DNA of 64,000 bases, from the NCBI GenBank assembly GCA_030265395.1, contig JARFYF010000063.1:76126163-76190162 (forward strand), read 5' to 3'. The number at the start of each line of letters is the position of its first letter. Within the stretch, counting starts at the first letter, position 1. The notes beneath the pieces were generated by a model. It made no database searches, was not told the origin of the DNA, and saw only the letters and a list, made by a program, of their open reading frames with translations. Source of the DNA: Rhina ancylostomus (taxonomy: Eukaryota). Below are positions 52,131 to 64,000 of the stretch, piece after piece. The translations under genes were made by a program, and so were the position numbers.

Positions 52131-53174
52131 TTTCCTCAGTGCGCAAATGAATGATCCCAGTGTCTCAGAGACTTGAATTATTCTCAAACTCCTGCTGTTC
52201 CCAGTTTTTACAAGAAATCGCAACATGGAAGGGTGTCTTCCATTGTGCTGTGACAGTATACGGTTTCAGCTGCAGCTGTTAGCTAAAAACTATAAATTCT
52301 CAAACCAGTGTCTTGTTCCATAGTTTTCCTTTTCACTTCTAAACTAACTTTCCAGGATCTTTTCAGTGTTTGCCTTCTAAGTGTTGAAGCTAGGGTAAAA
52401 GAAAAGAAAATAAAAGGGAGAATTTTTTTTTTAAACTGCAGACTCTGTGCTTCCTATACAGTTGAAACTCGACTGTGTTTAGTCAAAAACTTCCACTCTG
52501 CCTTCACAACACATTCTCCCTTATGTGTATAATGGTAACAGACTTGAGTAAAGTACTTAATATGATTTCCTATCAGCATCCTACTCTTCCAAGCACCTGT
52601 CTTCCCATTTCTAGCAGGGTATAGATCAATGCCAATGGGGGTCCTCCTCCTTCTCATTCTTCCTGCTCGAAGTTCTATCTCCTAACACTTCGGTAACTTC
52701 ACTGCCATCTGCCAGTCTGGTGCTGCCCTGCACCACATGCAGTAAACTGCCTGATTGCCAATGTGGCCGTGCTGCTTGTGTTGATAGAGAAGCTTAAATC
52801 TTATTTTGAAGTACCCAGAAGTTTAACGTAGTTAACGTAGATCTTTGTTCATTTGTCTTTATTTTACATTTGTGAATTATTTTGGTTTCAGATTTTGAGA
52901 AGCATAATCACAGCAAGTTGTACTGAAATGATGATCTAATGATAGCTTATCACTAAAAATCGTGTAAAAGCTGGTAAATAATTGGTATGATTTTTAAAAA
53001 AAAACAAAGCCCTGTTTGTCCTAGTACATATTGTTCAATTTATAAGGCAATGCTGCCAGAATTCTTTTAATAGTTTAAGTGCAATGATCCAAATCCCTTT
53101 ATGGTGAGATTGCCTCTCACCATTTTTAATCTGTTCTTTCCCGTGGATGTGCACCAAAGTACTAGGTTGGATGT

Positions 53175-53697
53175 ATCAGAATTAGTTTTATTATCACTGA
53201 CTTAGATAATGTAAAATGTGTTGTTTTGCAGCAGCAGCACAGAGCAAAGACATAAAATTACTATAAATTACAAAACCAAATAGTGCGAAAAAAGGGAATA
53301 ACGAGGTTGTGTTCATGGGCTAATGGATCATTCAGAAGTCTGATGGTGCAAAGGAAGAAGCTGTTCCTGAACTGTTGAGTGTATGTCTTCATGCTCCTGT
53401 ACCTCTTTCCCAATGATAGTAATGAGAAGAGGGCATGAGTGATGTCATCTGGATGGTGAGGGTCCTTAGTGATGGATGCCACCTTGAGGCACCGCCTCTT
53501 AAAGATGTGGGGAGGGTTGTGCCCATGATGGAGTTGGTTGAGTCTACAACCCTCTGCAGCCTCTTGCAATCCTGTGCATTGGATCCTCCATACCAGGCGG
53601 TGATGCAACCAGTCAGAATGCTCTCCACCGTACATCTATAGAAATTTGGTGACATACCGAATCTCCTCACACTCCTAACGCAGTAAAGCCACTGGTA
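53175..53697 (-). mobile_element. Rex1/Babar LINE 3' end (RT C-terminus, DUF1891-like) and 3' UTR
   Basis: RRFGMSPNFYRCTVESILTGCITAWYG...KRLQRVV and KDPHHP...HALFSLLSLGKRYRS...FRNSFF..TIRLLN are characteristic of Rex1/Babar. Confidence 0.9.
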
Positions 53698-54369
53698 AGT
53701 AGTCTTCATTTAGAGATAAGACAAGATTTCTTGTACATCAAAACACACAGTGAAATGCATCTTTGCGTAGATAGGTGTGTGAGTTTTGTAGCAGTGGGGT
53801 GAGGTGGGGGGGGAGAATTGTCTGCAATGTGTCGTTTTGAGAAAAGACAATCTAGAGTTTGATGTTACCTATAAATGGAACATTGGATTTAATTTGCTGT
53901 GTTATTCTTGAATATGGGTTTAACCACTGTGCTGGTAGGGCCTGAGAGTGTTAGAGGAGTGATCTGAGACTGATGGTTCAGAAGTTGCAAGCAATGGTAG
54001 GGTACGGAGAACCACAAGAGCCGTGGGGTATGTCAGAACTAAGGAACCTTGGAATGTGTTGAGGATAGGAAAGATGCTGAATAAGTCTGTATTTGTAACC
54101 ACCTTTCATTTTGCCTATACGGTATGGTGAATTACAAAGTTGATCTGCAAGGTTTTCTTTCCCTGTTGTCAATTTATTTTCATGCAGTGCAAAAATATTT
54201 TTTATTAAGTAACTTTTTACAAAACAAAAAGACAATGCTAAAAACACTATGGAACTTTTAGAATATAGAATGATAGAATGAATAGATGAGTGAAACAGTC
54301 ACTGCGGTTTAAAACAAAATAATCCTGTTATAGATTGTTCTCATATGGTGATACAGCATTAGCTGAGTC

Positions 54370-54570
54370 ACAAAAAACAAAATACTGGAGGACCTCGGGG
54401 GTCAGGCAGCACCTGAAGAAAATAGACAGTAGATGTTTCAGGTCGAGATCCTTCCCCAAAACGTCAGCTGTCCATTTCCCTCCACGCATTATGCTCGACC
54501 TGCTGAGTTCCTCCAGCATTTTGTCTTTTGCTCCAGATTCCAGCATCTGCTGACTCTCCTGTCTGTGTCT
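54370..54570. mobile_element. Penelope-derived fold-back element
   Basis: aaaatactggaggacctc...ggtcaggcagca versus tgctcgacctgctgagttcctccagcattttg inverted arms. Confidence 0.7.
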
Positions 54571-54859
54571 CAATTGAGTATCAGCTGTTACAAGGGAGCT
54601 CAACACAGAGCCCACAGTTTTCTTTCCTAATCAAAGCTGTTTTACTGCTTTTTTTCTTCAAGACTTTGAGCATCGCAATTAAAATCATGTCTTTTGAATG
54701 GTTGTGCCTCATCAGCCAGTGATTGAGGTCACATTGATAAAGTCTACCTCGACAAAGAAGAAAGCTCCCTTTAAACACTGTAAACCATATATGGCCAACT
54801 GATTTATTTTGGCCAAGGTCTTCCATCAAGACTGTTGATGCATGCGAAAGATGCATGTT

Positions 54860-55345
54860 ATGGACATGCCATCTGTTACAGGTAATGTGATGTTTATAAT
54901 GTGGTGCATCTGGTGCAGGTGGAATAGCTGATATGGCTAATGTGTACAGTAATGTACAGTAGTGTGCTGTGGTACAGTGAATCTGATGGATGAGTGTATC
55001 TTGCAGTGTATCTGGTAAAGATTTGCATATTGGAAAATATTGTACAGTGAATCTGGTCCAGGCAATTTTTGTGAAGTACAATGAATCTAATGCATGTATT
55101 TATAGTTCAGCAAATCTAATTCAAGAAATATGTAAACATTACAGTGGATCTAGTGCAGGTCCAATGGGTCTGGTACGAGTAATGCTTAAATTGCACAATA
55201 AAATCTAGTACAGGCAATGTGCATATATAGCACAAATAATCTGGTACAGGTAATGTATATAGTATTGTAGATCTGATGCGGGCAGTGTACCTGCTGTACA
55301 TAATGTGTCTAAAGTGTAGTGAGTCTGGTCCAGTGAAATTATATA
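54860..55345. repeat. Degenerate tandem repeat, unit about 30-45 nt, core tgtacagtgaatctggtncaggnaatgt
   Basis: More than 8 recognisable copies, e.g. 54972, 55041, 55077, 55140, 55192, 55235, 55317. Confidence 0.7.
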
Positions 55346-55399
55346 GGTAGCAAATGTGTTAATAGTGTACCCCATATGGCATATTTATTGTGGAGGAGT

Positions 55400-57015
55400 T
55401 GTGGGCACTTAATTTGTGATCTTCCAAAATTCCCTAGACGCTGATAAGATACCAGTAGAAGAGAAAACTGCAAATCTAGCAACCCTATTCACGAAAGAAT
55501 GGAGACCAAAAGTAGAAAACTGTAGGCCAGTTAGCCCGAAGTCTGTCATTGGGGAAATGCTGGAATCCATTATTACAGAAATAGTAGTAGGAAACTTAGA
55601 AAATTGTGATACAAAGAGAGTCAATGTAATTTTATGACAGAGACAAACGTATTAGAGTTCTTTAAGGACATTCGCATGGTGGTGCAGCGGTTAATGCCCC
55701 AGCCTGACAATTCCAGGGATCTGGGTTCAATCCTGACCTGGGGTGCTGTCTATGTTCTCCCCATGGCCATCTTGTGACCATCAGATGGTCCAGTTTCCTC
55801 CCACATCCAAAAGGCATGCTGGTAGCTTAATTGGCCACTGTAAATTACCCCTCAGTGAAGGTAAGCATCAAAAAGAACCAAAAGGGAGTTGTTGGGCATG
55901 TCAGATAGAATAAGTTGCAAGGCTGCAGGGGAAAAGGGAAGGGAATGAGACTGACGGTAATTGATATGGACCAAATGGGCTAATTGGCTTCCTTCTGTAC
56001 CTTAATAAGTAACTAATCAATAATTGTTGGTAATATATCAGCATGGTCAGAGTGGCTAACTAACAAAAACTGGATCAGGGTAAGTGGAATATTTTCAGGT
56101 AGGTAATCTGTAACTAGTGCTGGAAGGATGAATGCTGGAGCCTCAGCCATTTGCAATCAATATTAATGATTTGGATGAAGGAGCCAAGTTTTATAGGGAT
56201 ACAAAACAGGTGAGAAAGAAAGTGCTGAAATGGGGGCAGGGTCAGCAAAGTGACAAAGATAAGTTAAGGAAGGGGGTGAAAATTTAGTAGATGGTGTAAT
56301 AAAGTAATGAAATGTAAAGTTAACCACTTTCTAAAGAATAGAAAATCAGCACATTGTTTGAAAGGAGTGAGAGTACGTAGTATTGCAGTAAAGAGAGTTC
56401 TGGGTGTCCTCGTACATGAAGCACAAAGTTAGGCCAATACAGTAAGTAATTAGGAAGGAAAATGAAATGTTTGCTCTTATCGCAGAGCAAGGCTTGCTAC
56501 AACTGTGCAGGGCAATGGTGAGACATCTAGTTTACTCCTTATTTAAGAAAAAGTGTATGTGCATTGGAAACAGTTCAGAGAATGGCGAATCCAGGTATGA
56601 AGGGGTTGTTTTATGAGGAACAATTAAACTGTTCGGGCTGATGGTAATTGGTGTTTAGAAGAATGAGCAGTGGTTTAATTGAAACCCATGAGATTCTTAC
56701 GGAGTTTGAAAAGGTAGAAGCTGAGATGATGTTTCACCTTGTAGGGGTATCTATGACATGGGGGCATAATTTCAGTGGTAACCTACTTAAGATGAAGAGG
56801 AAATTTTTATCTCGTATCTTTAGAATTCTCTGTCCCAGAGAGCTGTGGAGTCTGAGTCATTGAATATATTCAAAGCTTAGATGGATGATTTATGACCTAC
56901 AGGGGAGTGTTTAAGGTTATGGGCAGTAGACAGCAATGTGGACCTGAGGCCAAGATGAACAGAATGGTTCAACAGGCTCCATGGGCCATATGACTTAACA
57001 ATACTTCTGATTTCT
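55400..57015 (+). mobile_element. CR1 ORF2 RT to 3' UTR, interrupted by a SINE
   Basis: IFQNSLD...KTANLATLF.K...ENCRPVSPKSVIGEMLESII; later FRRMSSGLIETHEIL and a CR1 tail. Confidence 0.85.
55672..56005 (+). mobile_element. tRNA-derived SINE (same family as 31588) nested in CR1
   Basis: A-box ggtggtgcagcggtt, B-box gggttcaatcc, ccagtttcctcccacatcc core, gaaccaaaagggagtt shared with the 31588 copy. Confidence 0.82.
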
Positions 57016-57064
57016 GAACGGTTCATGAACCCATGAACATTACCTCATTATTCCTGTTTTGTAC

Positions 57065-57088
57065 TATATATATATATATATATATATA
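57065..57088. repeat. (TA)12 microsatellite inside a Rex-type 3' UTR (about 57015-57175)
   Basis: Direct read of the tatata run; flanks match the reverse complement of 53180-53330. Confidence 0.85.
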
Positions 57089-57619
57089 TTTGTAATTTTT
57101 GTGTCTTACACTGTACTGCTGCCACAAAACCACAAATTTCACGACATATGTCAGTGATAATAAACCTGATTCCAATACATCTGCTGCAGCTGCTGTGAAT
57201 ATTCTTCAGCATATGTGGTCAGGTAAAGTGAATATAGCACAGGGCATGCTATGTCTATATGGTACATTGTGTACACAGGTAATCAGTGTGTATGTATATA
57301 TTACCTCCTATGGGTAATTTGTACTAAGGACAATGGGTTTGGTATATCTAATATAGATATAGGTCAGTGTAAATATAAAACAAGTTGGATCTGCTACAAT
57401 GTGCAAACTATTTGGTGTAGGTCATGTGTATGTGTGTAATGTACAATGTGAGCACCACAGGTGAAATGTATTTATATTTGTACAGAATATTGGGCACAAT
57501 GATGTGCATATTCATAGAAATGCATGTTACAGAGGAGGAAGTAATTTGGCAAATCATGCCATGCAGGCCAATAAGTGAACTACTTGGGTTATTCACCCTC
57601 TCCACTTGCTATTCATTAC

Positions 57620-59580
57620 CTCATAGGTTAAAACTGTCTAAGTGATCATCAGGATCCTTTTTTAAATGCAATGAACTTTAGTCTTTTTTCTCAGTGAGCC
57701 AATTTTTAAAACAATATCACTTTCTCTTGTATCCCACAAGCATTTACTTTCCAGGTCTAGTCAAACATCTTGCTAAAATCCATTAAACTACTTCATGGGT
57801 TTGTCCTCCTTATTAAATCCCCACAAAAATGTGTTTGTTAATCAGAGATGACCTTCCCTTAACAAATTTGTGCTAATTAACCTGTGCTCTTCTAAATACT
57901 GATTTCTGTTGTACTTATTTTCTTTCCATTAATTTTCCCAACAGCATTGCTGGGATAGCTTACTTTTGGTTTTTCACTTTTTAACCAACGGCATCGCGAT
58001 AGTGATCTTCCAGTCCTCTGACATGATTCCTGTAGTCCAAGAGTATTGGCCACACCTTATTGTAGCCAAGAGTAATGGCAACACCTTATCTGTTTGTAAT
58101 GTACTATACTGTTGCTGCAAAAAGTTAAGTTTTGTGGCATTTATATCCTGGGTATGTATGCCTGTGACAATAAAACTTGAACTTGAGCTCAAATTTGAAC
58201 TTGTACACACTGTTTCCATCCTTGCTTTCTTTAAGAACCTGGGTACATTTTTATCTGGGCCCAGTGACTTTTCCTCTTTTATGATCCTTGTTCTATTAAT
58301 TTGTTCTTTCCATGTGTTTATCATGTGTTATAACTGACATTCTTCCTCAATACCTGTATCATACATTTTTTCCACAAAGATGTATAAAATAGTAATTTGG
58401 AACTTAATGCACTGAGTCTTCCTTCGCATACTATTTTGCTTTGTTACCTTATTTTCTTTCTTGTATTTATAGGACTTTTTTAATGCAACATCTTTGCCTT
58501 CCTCGTTCCCTTTTTATTTTTACTTATGTATCTCCAGTAGGCTTTCTACAGTACTGAGCGCTTGGTATTTGTCATAATTTTTTTTACCTTATCGTATCCT
58601 GTGTATCCCCTGATATCCGTTATGGGTGTCTACATTGAGATTTCCAACTTGATCTTATTGGAGACACTCGCCATCTCCTCCCACTGCTCTGAAACGTATT
58701 TACATTCACGTAGCTCCTTCTATTCCACTTTTGATAAGTCATATCTCAGCCTGTATAACAGAACAATCCCATTAGTCCCATTCCTTTCTTCCCTGACAAC
58801 ATCAGCAACTTGCGTGCTTATCCACTCCCCTTGATTTGTTTTTGTAACTCATCTACACTTAGGGTGATTTACAATAGACAATGAACCTAACTACATATTT
58901 TTAGTATGTGGGATGAAACTGGAGACCCTGGGGGAAACCCACATGGTCACAGGGAGAATGTGCAGACTCCATAAGGCAGCACCCAAGGTCAGGACTAAAT
59001 CTAGTTCCTGGGAGCTGTGAGGCAGCAGTGCCAATTGCCAGGCCGCTTTTGCTCTTTATCTTTTAGCAATGCTAGATCAAACTGAATTATGATATCTGCC
59101 TCTAAAATGCTTTCCCATTGCCAACCTCTTCATTTGCAGGTGTGTTCCCTAAAATTAAGTCCAGTACCACCCCTCTGTCTTGTTGGGCTTGTTATGTACA
59201 GATATTAAAAAGTACTCTTAAATATGTTTTGAGAATTCTGCATATTTTATAGCTTTTAACACTGTTATTGTCCCAGCTACTGTTAAGATAGTTGAAATGC
59301 CCTGTTATTTCACGCCTTAGTGTGAACTGCAAAAATAACTGGCCAAAATATTAGCTCTCCTTTCTCCCTGGGTATATTTGTGGACTTGTAACACTCCTAG
59401 CAAATTATTATCTCTTTCTTTGTCCCTCATTTCAACCCATATTATTTTTGTTGATCTTTTCAGCAAATCATTCCCCTTCGGATGTAGTCGTTTCCTTAAT
59501 CCATGATGCTGCAACCCTTCCCATTTTCCCCCTCTATCTTCTCTGGAAAATCTTCCAATGAGGAACACTGAGCTGCCAAT
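57620..59580 (-). mobile_element. Decayed antisense CR1 ORF2 with nested Rex tail (about 58085-58203) and antisense SINE (about 58840-59045)
   Basis: Reverse frames give SEDWKITIAMPLVKK, KSLGPD and TKIIWVEMRDK; aataaaacttgaacttga tail; gggagctgtgaggcagcagtg SINE head. Confidence 0.7.
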
Positions 59581-59592
59581 CCGGTTCGGAAT

Positions 59593-59832
59593 TAAGCAAC
59601 AATCAATTTGGTGGAGGAACTCAGTGGATCGGGTTGAAACGCTGCATCAGGATTGAGAGTATAAAGGGAAGATGGCCGGTATAAAAAGAAGAGGGGGGAG
59701 CATTGAGATGAGGGCCAGTAGGTGATTGGTGGACTGTAGAGAGGTCGATAATTCCTTTTGCCCCACAGATGCTGCTTGACCAACTGAGTTCTTCCAGCAG
59801 ATTGTTTATTGTTCCAGATTCCAGTATCTCCT
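59593..59832. mobile_element. Penelope-derived fold-back element
   Basis: aacaatcaatttggtggaggaactcag and ctgagttcttccagcagattgtt inverted ends; minus strand has CTGATGCAGCGTTTCAACCCGA. Confidence 0.7.
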
Positions 59833-59929
59833 GTTCAGCTTTTAAGTCATCTTTCAAAAAGGCCTCAACATATTGCAGTAGGGTCATCTATATCATTGGT
59901 TCACCAGCTTTATTTCCTAGACTCATGCT

Positions 59930-61740
59930 GATATGTGATCAAGTACTGCCAACTTCTGACCTGCTGGGATTTTCCAGTACTGTTTTATTTCAGATTTCCA
60001 GTAACTGCTGCGTTCTGTATCTCAGTTCCAGCACCCTTTTTTAATGTCTTCCTTTTTTGTTTTCCCCCTCTGTTTTCACCTCTTCCAGACAGATGCTGTG
60101 AAAGCAAGCCTCTCTCAGCCAACACCAGTCTCTCATCTATTTTCTCGTGATCGCCGTGCTATCACAGACATTCCCTGTATTTATTTTTTGCACCATTCCC
60201 CATTTTACTGCAACTTAAAAAAAAATGTCTGTTTTTTAACTTTTCCTAGTTATAAGAAAAGTCATTGAAATGACATATTAATTTTTCTTTCCCCACAGAT
60301 GAACCTGATCTGTTAAATATTTTCAGCATTGTGTTTTTATTTCAAACTTTGTTTCCTTTACCCAGTCTTTGTTTCCTTTGCCTTCCAAACTTATTGATTG
60401 AATCCCTATTTTCTGCATCCACGTTTGCCTCTTTCCTTTCAGAAACTGCTGTCAGGTTCTCGCCTCCTCTCCCCAGCAGCACTACCAAACCTCTCAGCCG
60501 GGATATCAGTCCAACTCCAACTGCAACCCAATCACTTTGTATAGATCCAGCACTCTCACAGCCAGACTCTGTGCTCAGGACTCAAAAGCCCTCCCTCTTG
60601 CTCCATACAACCATTTTTAGACTAATGCTTCATGGCATCAGTCGTCATGATCAGTGAGGTCCTGCTTTTTAATCTCATTCCTGTACTCTACCTGCAGGGC
60701 TTTATTCTCTGTCATAGCCCATGACCTCTGACTGTTCACCCATCCTTCTCTGTCTTGTGCACTTCCTCAGTTACCTCCTTAATCCTGACACTATGGAGGC
60801 AACATCTAAAGTCGCATCTTTGGCTCTTGAATCTCCTAACCATGTAGATCCTCAGTTCTTTCCACCACCATCCTGTAAACCAAATTTCACATGGTGCCAC
60901 AGATGTAACTCCAGCTGGAATCCCTTGCTGAACCAAACCTTTGCCCCCAGAGTCAGAGGTGAATAGTGTTCATGATCCTGATGTAGATTGGCTGACCACT
61001 TTGCAGAGCATCTCTCACTCTGCAAGGGTAATCCTCAGTTCTTGGTTGCCTGGCACTTCAATTCTCCATCAACTCTGACCTTTGTATTTGTTCTCTTACA
61101 CTGTTCCAGCACAGCTCACTGTAAGATCATAGAGCATCTCATCTTCCTACTGGACATGTTACAGCCATCAGGACTCAACATTGAATCGAACAGTTTTAGA
61201 TGACCAATCTTTCCATTTTGTATCAGAATTGCCTTTTTTGATGAAAGATCAACCTGTAGCATTAGCTCAGTTTTTCTCCCTTTACAGATGCTGCCTGACC
61301 TGGGTATTTTCAGCATTCTCTTTTAATTCAGATTTCCCAACAACTGCAACAGTCTACACTTCACAATTCCAGCATTGTTTTTTTTGCTTCCCTCACTCTC
61401 CTCTAACTTTGTTCATCTCCTGTTCACAATTTCTACAGATTATTTACAATTGATCGTAAATTGATTGTACCGTTTTCTTTTCAGTCAGCAGCATCACTAA
61501 CGTCGTGGTCTCTTGGTTTCCACCCTGTTGCAGACGTTCCCTTTATTCTCTCCACCCCTCCCCCTTCTCAACAACTTAAAACATGTTCAATTTCCAACTT
61601 TCCCTGGTCCTGATGAAAGGTTGATGACCTGAAGCATTAACTTTGCCTCTCTGTCTCTCCACAGACATAGCCTGGCATATTGACTCTTTCAGTAATGTGT
61701 TTTTATTTTAGATTTGCAGCATCATCAATTTCTCTTGCTT
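59930..61740 (+). mobile_element. Penelope-like element remnant with repeated terminal units and GIY-YIG C-terminus
   Basis: LADHFAEHLSLCKGNPQFLVAWHFNSPS...EHLIFLLDMLQPSGLNIESNSFR* is the PLE GIY-YIG end. Repeated ccacagat-gctgcctgacctg units near 60290, 61280 and 61660. Confidence 0.8.
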
Positions 61741-62230
61741 TTCAGTCACTTTTCACATGGTAATTAGTCTCACTGTTGCACTGTAGTGAACTGGGGTCCA
61801 AAATTAAATCTTGTACTGATTAACAACATTTCCTGCACATGCATTTGTCCTCAACAAGGGAGGTTGCTTTCTATCACAGCACATTGAATTTGCATTGAGT
61901 AGACAGAGGAGTCATGCTGTCCTCCTCTTATATAAGAAATAAAATTCCTAACATTTCAGTACTCCAGCAAAACTGAACTTATCTGGTTTTTTTTAAGATA
62001 ACACTTCAGCAGTTTTCCTCTCCCAGTTTTCTTAATTTAACATACTGCCCTAACTTAGAAAGTCAGATCTGTGAATCAGGTATGTGTATATTGTATAATG
62101 TAACTGCATTATAATGTAATTACTTGTTGTGCTATATCTGGTCCAGGCAAATGTCTATTACATTATGTTTCTTATGCAGGTAATAGCATTCTTATATTCT
62201 AAACCAAAATATTCTGATTTTCTTTTGAAG

Positions 62231-62396
62231 CTTGCCAAGTCTTAGGCCACTACTGGATGTCAATTATTTGCCGCTGACCGATATGCGAATAGCTCGTACC
62301 TTCTGTTTCACCAATAACGGGCAAGCTCTATATCTGGTTTCCCCCACTGAGATCCAACGCATCACCTACAGTCAGGGAACATGTGAGAATTTACAG
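62231..62396 (+). CDS. STXBP5: STXBP5 exon, 166 nt (not in the ORF track)
   Basis: ttttgaag| (AAG acceptor) and |gtaaga. Translates SLPSLRPLLDVNYLPLTDMRIARTFCFTNNGQALYLVSPTEIQRITYSQGTCENLQ, in phase with the previous exon. Confidence 0.96.
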
Positions 62397-63109
62397 GTAA
62401 GAATCACTTAAGTTCATTATAATGTTAAAACACTGAAAACTATCTTTACATTAGAATGCTCATATCACTCTTGTGTCTTAATTTGTGTGCCATTGTATCA
62501 CATGGATCAGAGACATACTAAACAGTCTCTTTTGCTGTGATATTAATCAACTGCACACACAGACAGAGAGAAACACGCACACAGTGTCATTCACAAATCA
62601 CTTAATTTGCTTGTGGATTTGCACCATTTGTCCCTGCAGCACCATGTTTTCTGAAGAATACAAAGCAAAAGGATGCCCGTGCATTATAGTGTGAGAGTAG
62701 GTATTTCAGAAATAAGAGCCTTCTCATAAAACATGCAAATGAGCAGCTCACAAATCTCCCATATCCCAATCCTTGGTAAAGCGGACCTGCATAAGCAAGC
62801 ATTTGAGGTCCCTATTGTTGATTTTTCTATGATGCAACGTTCCCAGAGCTTTGCATTCCTCTTGCTCTGGCCTCGACGTTGGTAGCTGTGCAGGCCCCAG
62901 TCTCTGAGGTTTTTTGAATAAACCTATCGAACCATCAAGCTTTTGTATACTCCTCGAAACCCATCCCCTGACCAAATTTCGGTGTTTTCAGTTATCAGTG
63001 TTTTCGGCTGATGATGTTCCATCTTGGTATGTTTTGCTGAGCTATCAACAACAATATGCATTTTTCATTAGTAAACATCTCAAGGGACTTATTTCAGAAT
63101 ATTGCTTAA

Positions 63110-63790
63110 AAATGAATGTATATACCCACCAAAGCAGGTGACCAAAAGCTTGTTCAGAGAGCTGGCTTTTAAAGAGTGTGTTAAATGAGCATTGAGGAGC
63201 AATCCCAGAGTGTAAGACCTCAACAGCTGAAGATATGGAGTGATTAAAATCTGGAATGCAAAATAAAACAAAATTAGAGAAGCACCAACATCTCACTAGT
63301 TTTTGGAACTGAAGGATGATAGGGAGACAAGAGCCAGTGATGGAATTCAACAAAAAGACCAGGAAACTAATGATGGTCAGTTGAGAGGGGGATGATGGGC
63401 ATATGGGATGGTGCAATATCGATTCAAGCAGCAAAGGTTTAGATAAATTTAAGGATGGATGTCAGTGATGAGTGTGTTGGAATAGATGTAGTCTTGAGGT
63501 AATAAAGACACAGTTGACTGTTTCCGTGGCAAATGAACTGAGGCAGGGATAGGGTCGGGTGTTTTTTGGGAGGTGAATATTGGCAATCTTAGTGATGGTG
63601 CACTTAAATGCTCAGGAGTTTATTCTGGGGTGAAATGTGAGCTAAGTGAAGGAATATGCCATTGGTCTTCCCAATATTTTATTGGAGGAGACTCCAATTT
63701 ATCCATTAATGGAGCTCAGTCAAGCAATCTCAGACACCTCAAAAATGTAGGTTGCTTTTATTACATGCACTGTCTCTGCCACTAGAGTCT
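63110..63790 (-). mobile_element. L2-type LINE, antisense, decayed
   Basis: gaccaaaagcttg...ggcttttaaagagtgtgttaaatgag shared with the copies at 16180 and 46110. Confidence 0.55.
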
Positions 63791-64000
63791 AGCAGGTGAA
63801 GTGGGTTGTAGAGCTCTCATTCTGTAAAGACTTGTACTAATTTCATGCTCCTGGAATTACTATGGAAGTCTGGCATCAATTCTTGTTTGTAATGGTCTGC
63901 TAGAATCCAGATTTTTCTTATACTACAGAGAGCTATACTGAAGAGAAAGTCCTCGTGACTGCAGTGGGCTTTGCAACTTTATGCCATGTTAAAGTTAGGA

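Noticed and set aside
2602-62396. Assignment to STXBP5L (tomosyn-2)
   Set aside because: Exons such as AKMSRKLSLPTELKPDL, DNSFSRSRSSSVTSIDKESREAI and GTILRLKGAILRMAFLD match recalled tomosyn-1, despite the one tomosyn-2-like exon.
295-63785. Most short ORFs in the supplied track, including those running through N gaps
   Set aside because: They use alternative starts, lack recognisable domains, lie in decayed repeats or are mostly X. Only those overlapping STXBP5 exons or retroelement ORFs are meaningful.
1-64000. Prokaryotic operons, defence systems or CRISPR arrays
   Set aside because: The sequence is a spliced vertebrate gene with retroelement-filled introns; there are no dense ORFs and no identical repeat-spacer array.

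Overview
Eukaryotic (vertebrate) DNA, not prokaryotic. The window is an internal part of a + strand tomosyn-1 (STXBP5) gene: eight exons whose translation matches vertebrate STXBP5 as I recall it (WD40 region, hypervariable region [HVR], later WD40 blades), separated by introns up to about 16 kb. The introns are full of decayed CR1, L2, Rex/Babar, RTE and Penelope-like retroelements and tRNA-derived/Deu-type SINEs. This repeat complement suggests a cartilaginous fish, probably a ray (inference). Almost all supplied ORFs are spurious or are repeat fragments. Best leads: (1) an in-frame 84-nt candidate cassette exon (7397-7480) resembling an HVR exon of the paralogue tomosyn-2/STXBP5L; (2) an intronic 39-bp hairpin whose five deviations are all G-U wobbles on the sense strand; (3) type I hammerhead-ribozyme cores in Penelope-derived inverted repeats; (4) a CpG-rich Gypsy LTR element with a tRNA-Trp-like PBS and a GGGAAAC -1 frameshift site; (5) a possible GC-AG poison exon. 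Homologies are from memory, not database searches. Repeat boundaries are approximate, and several N gaps hide sequence.
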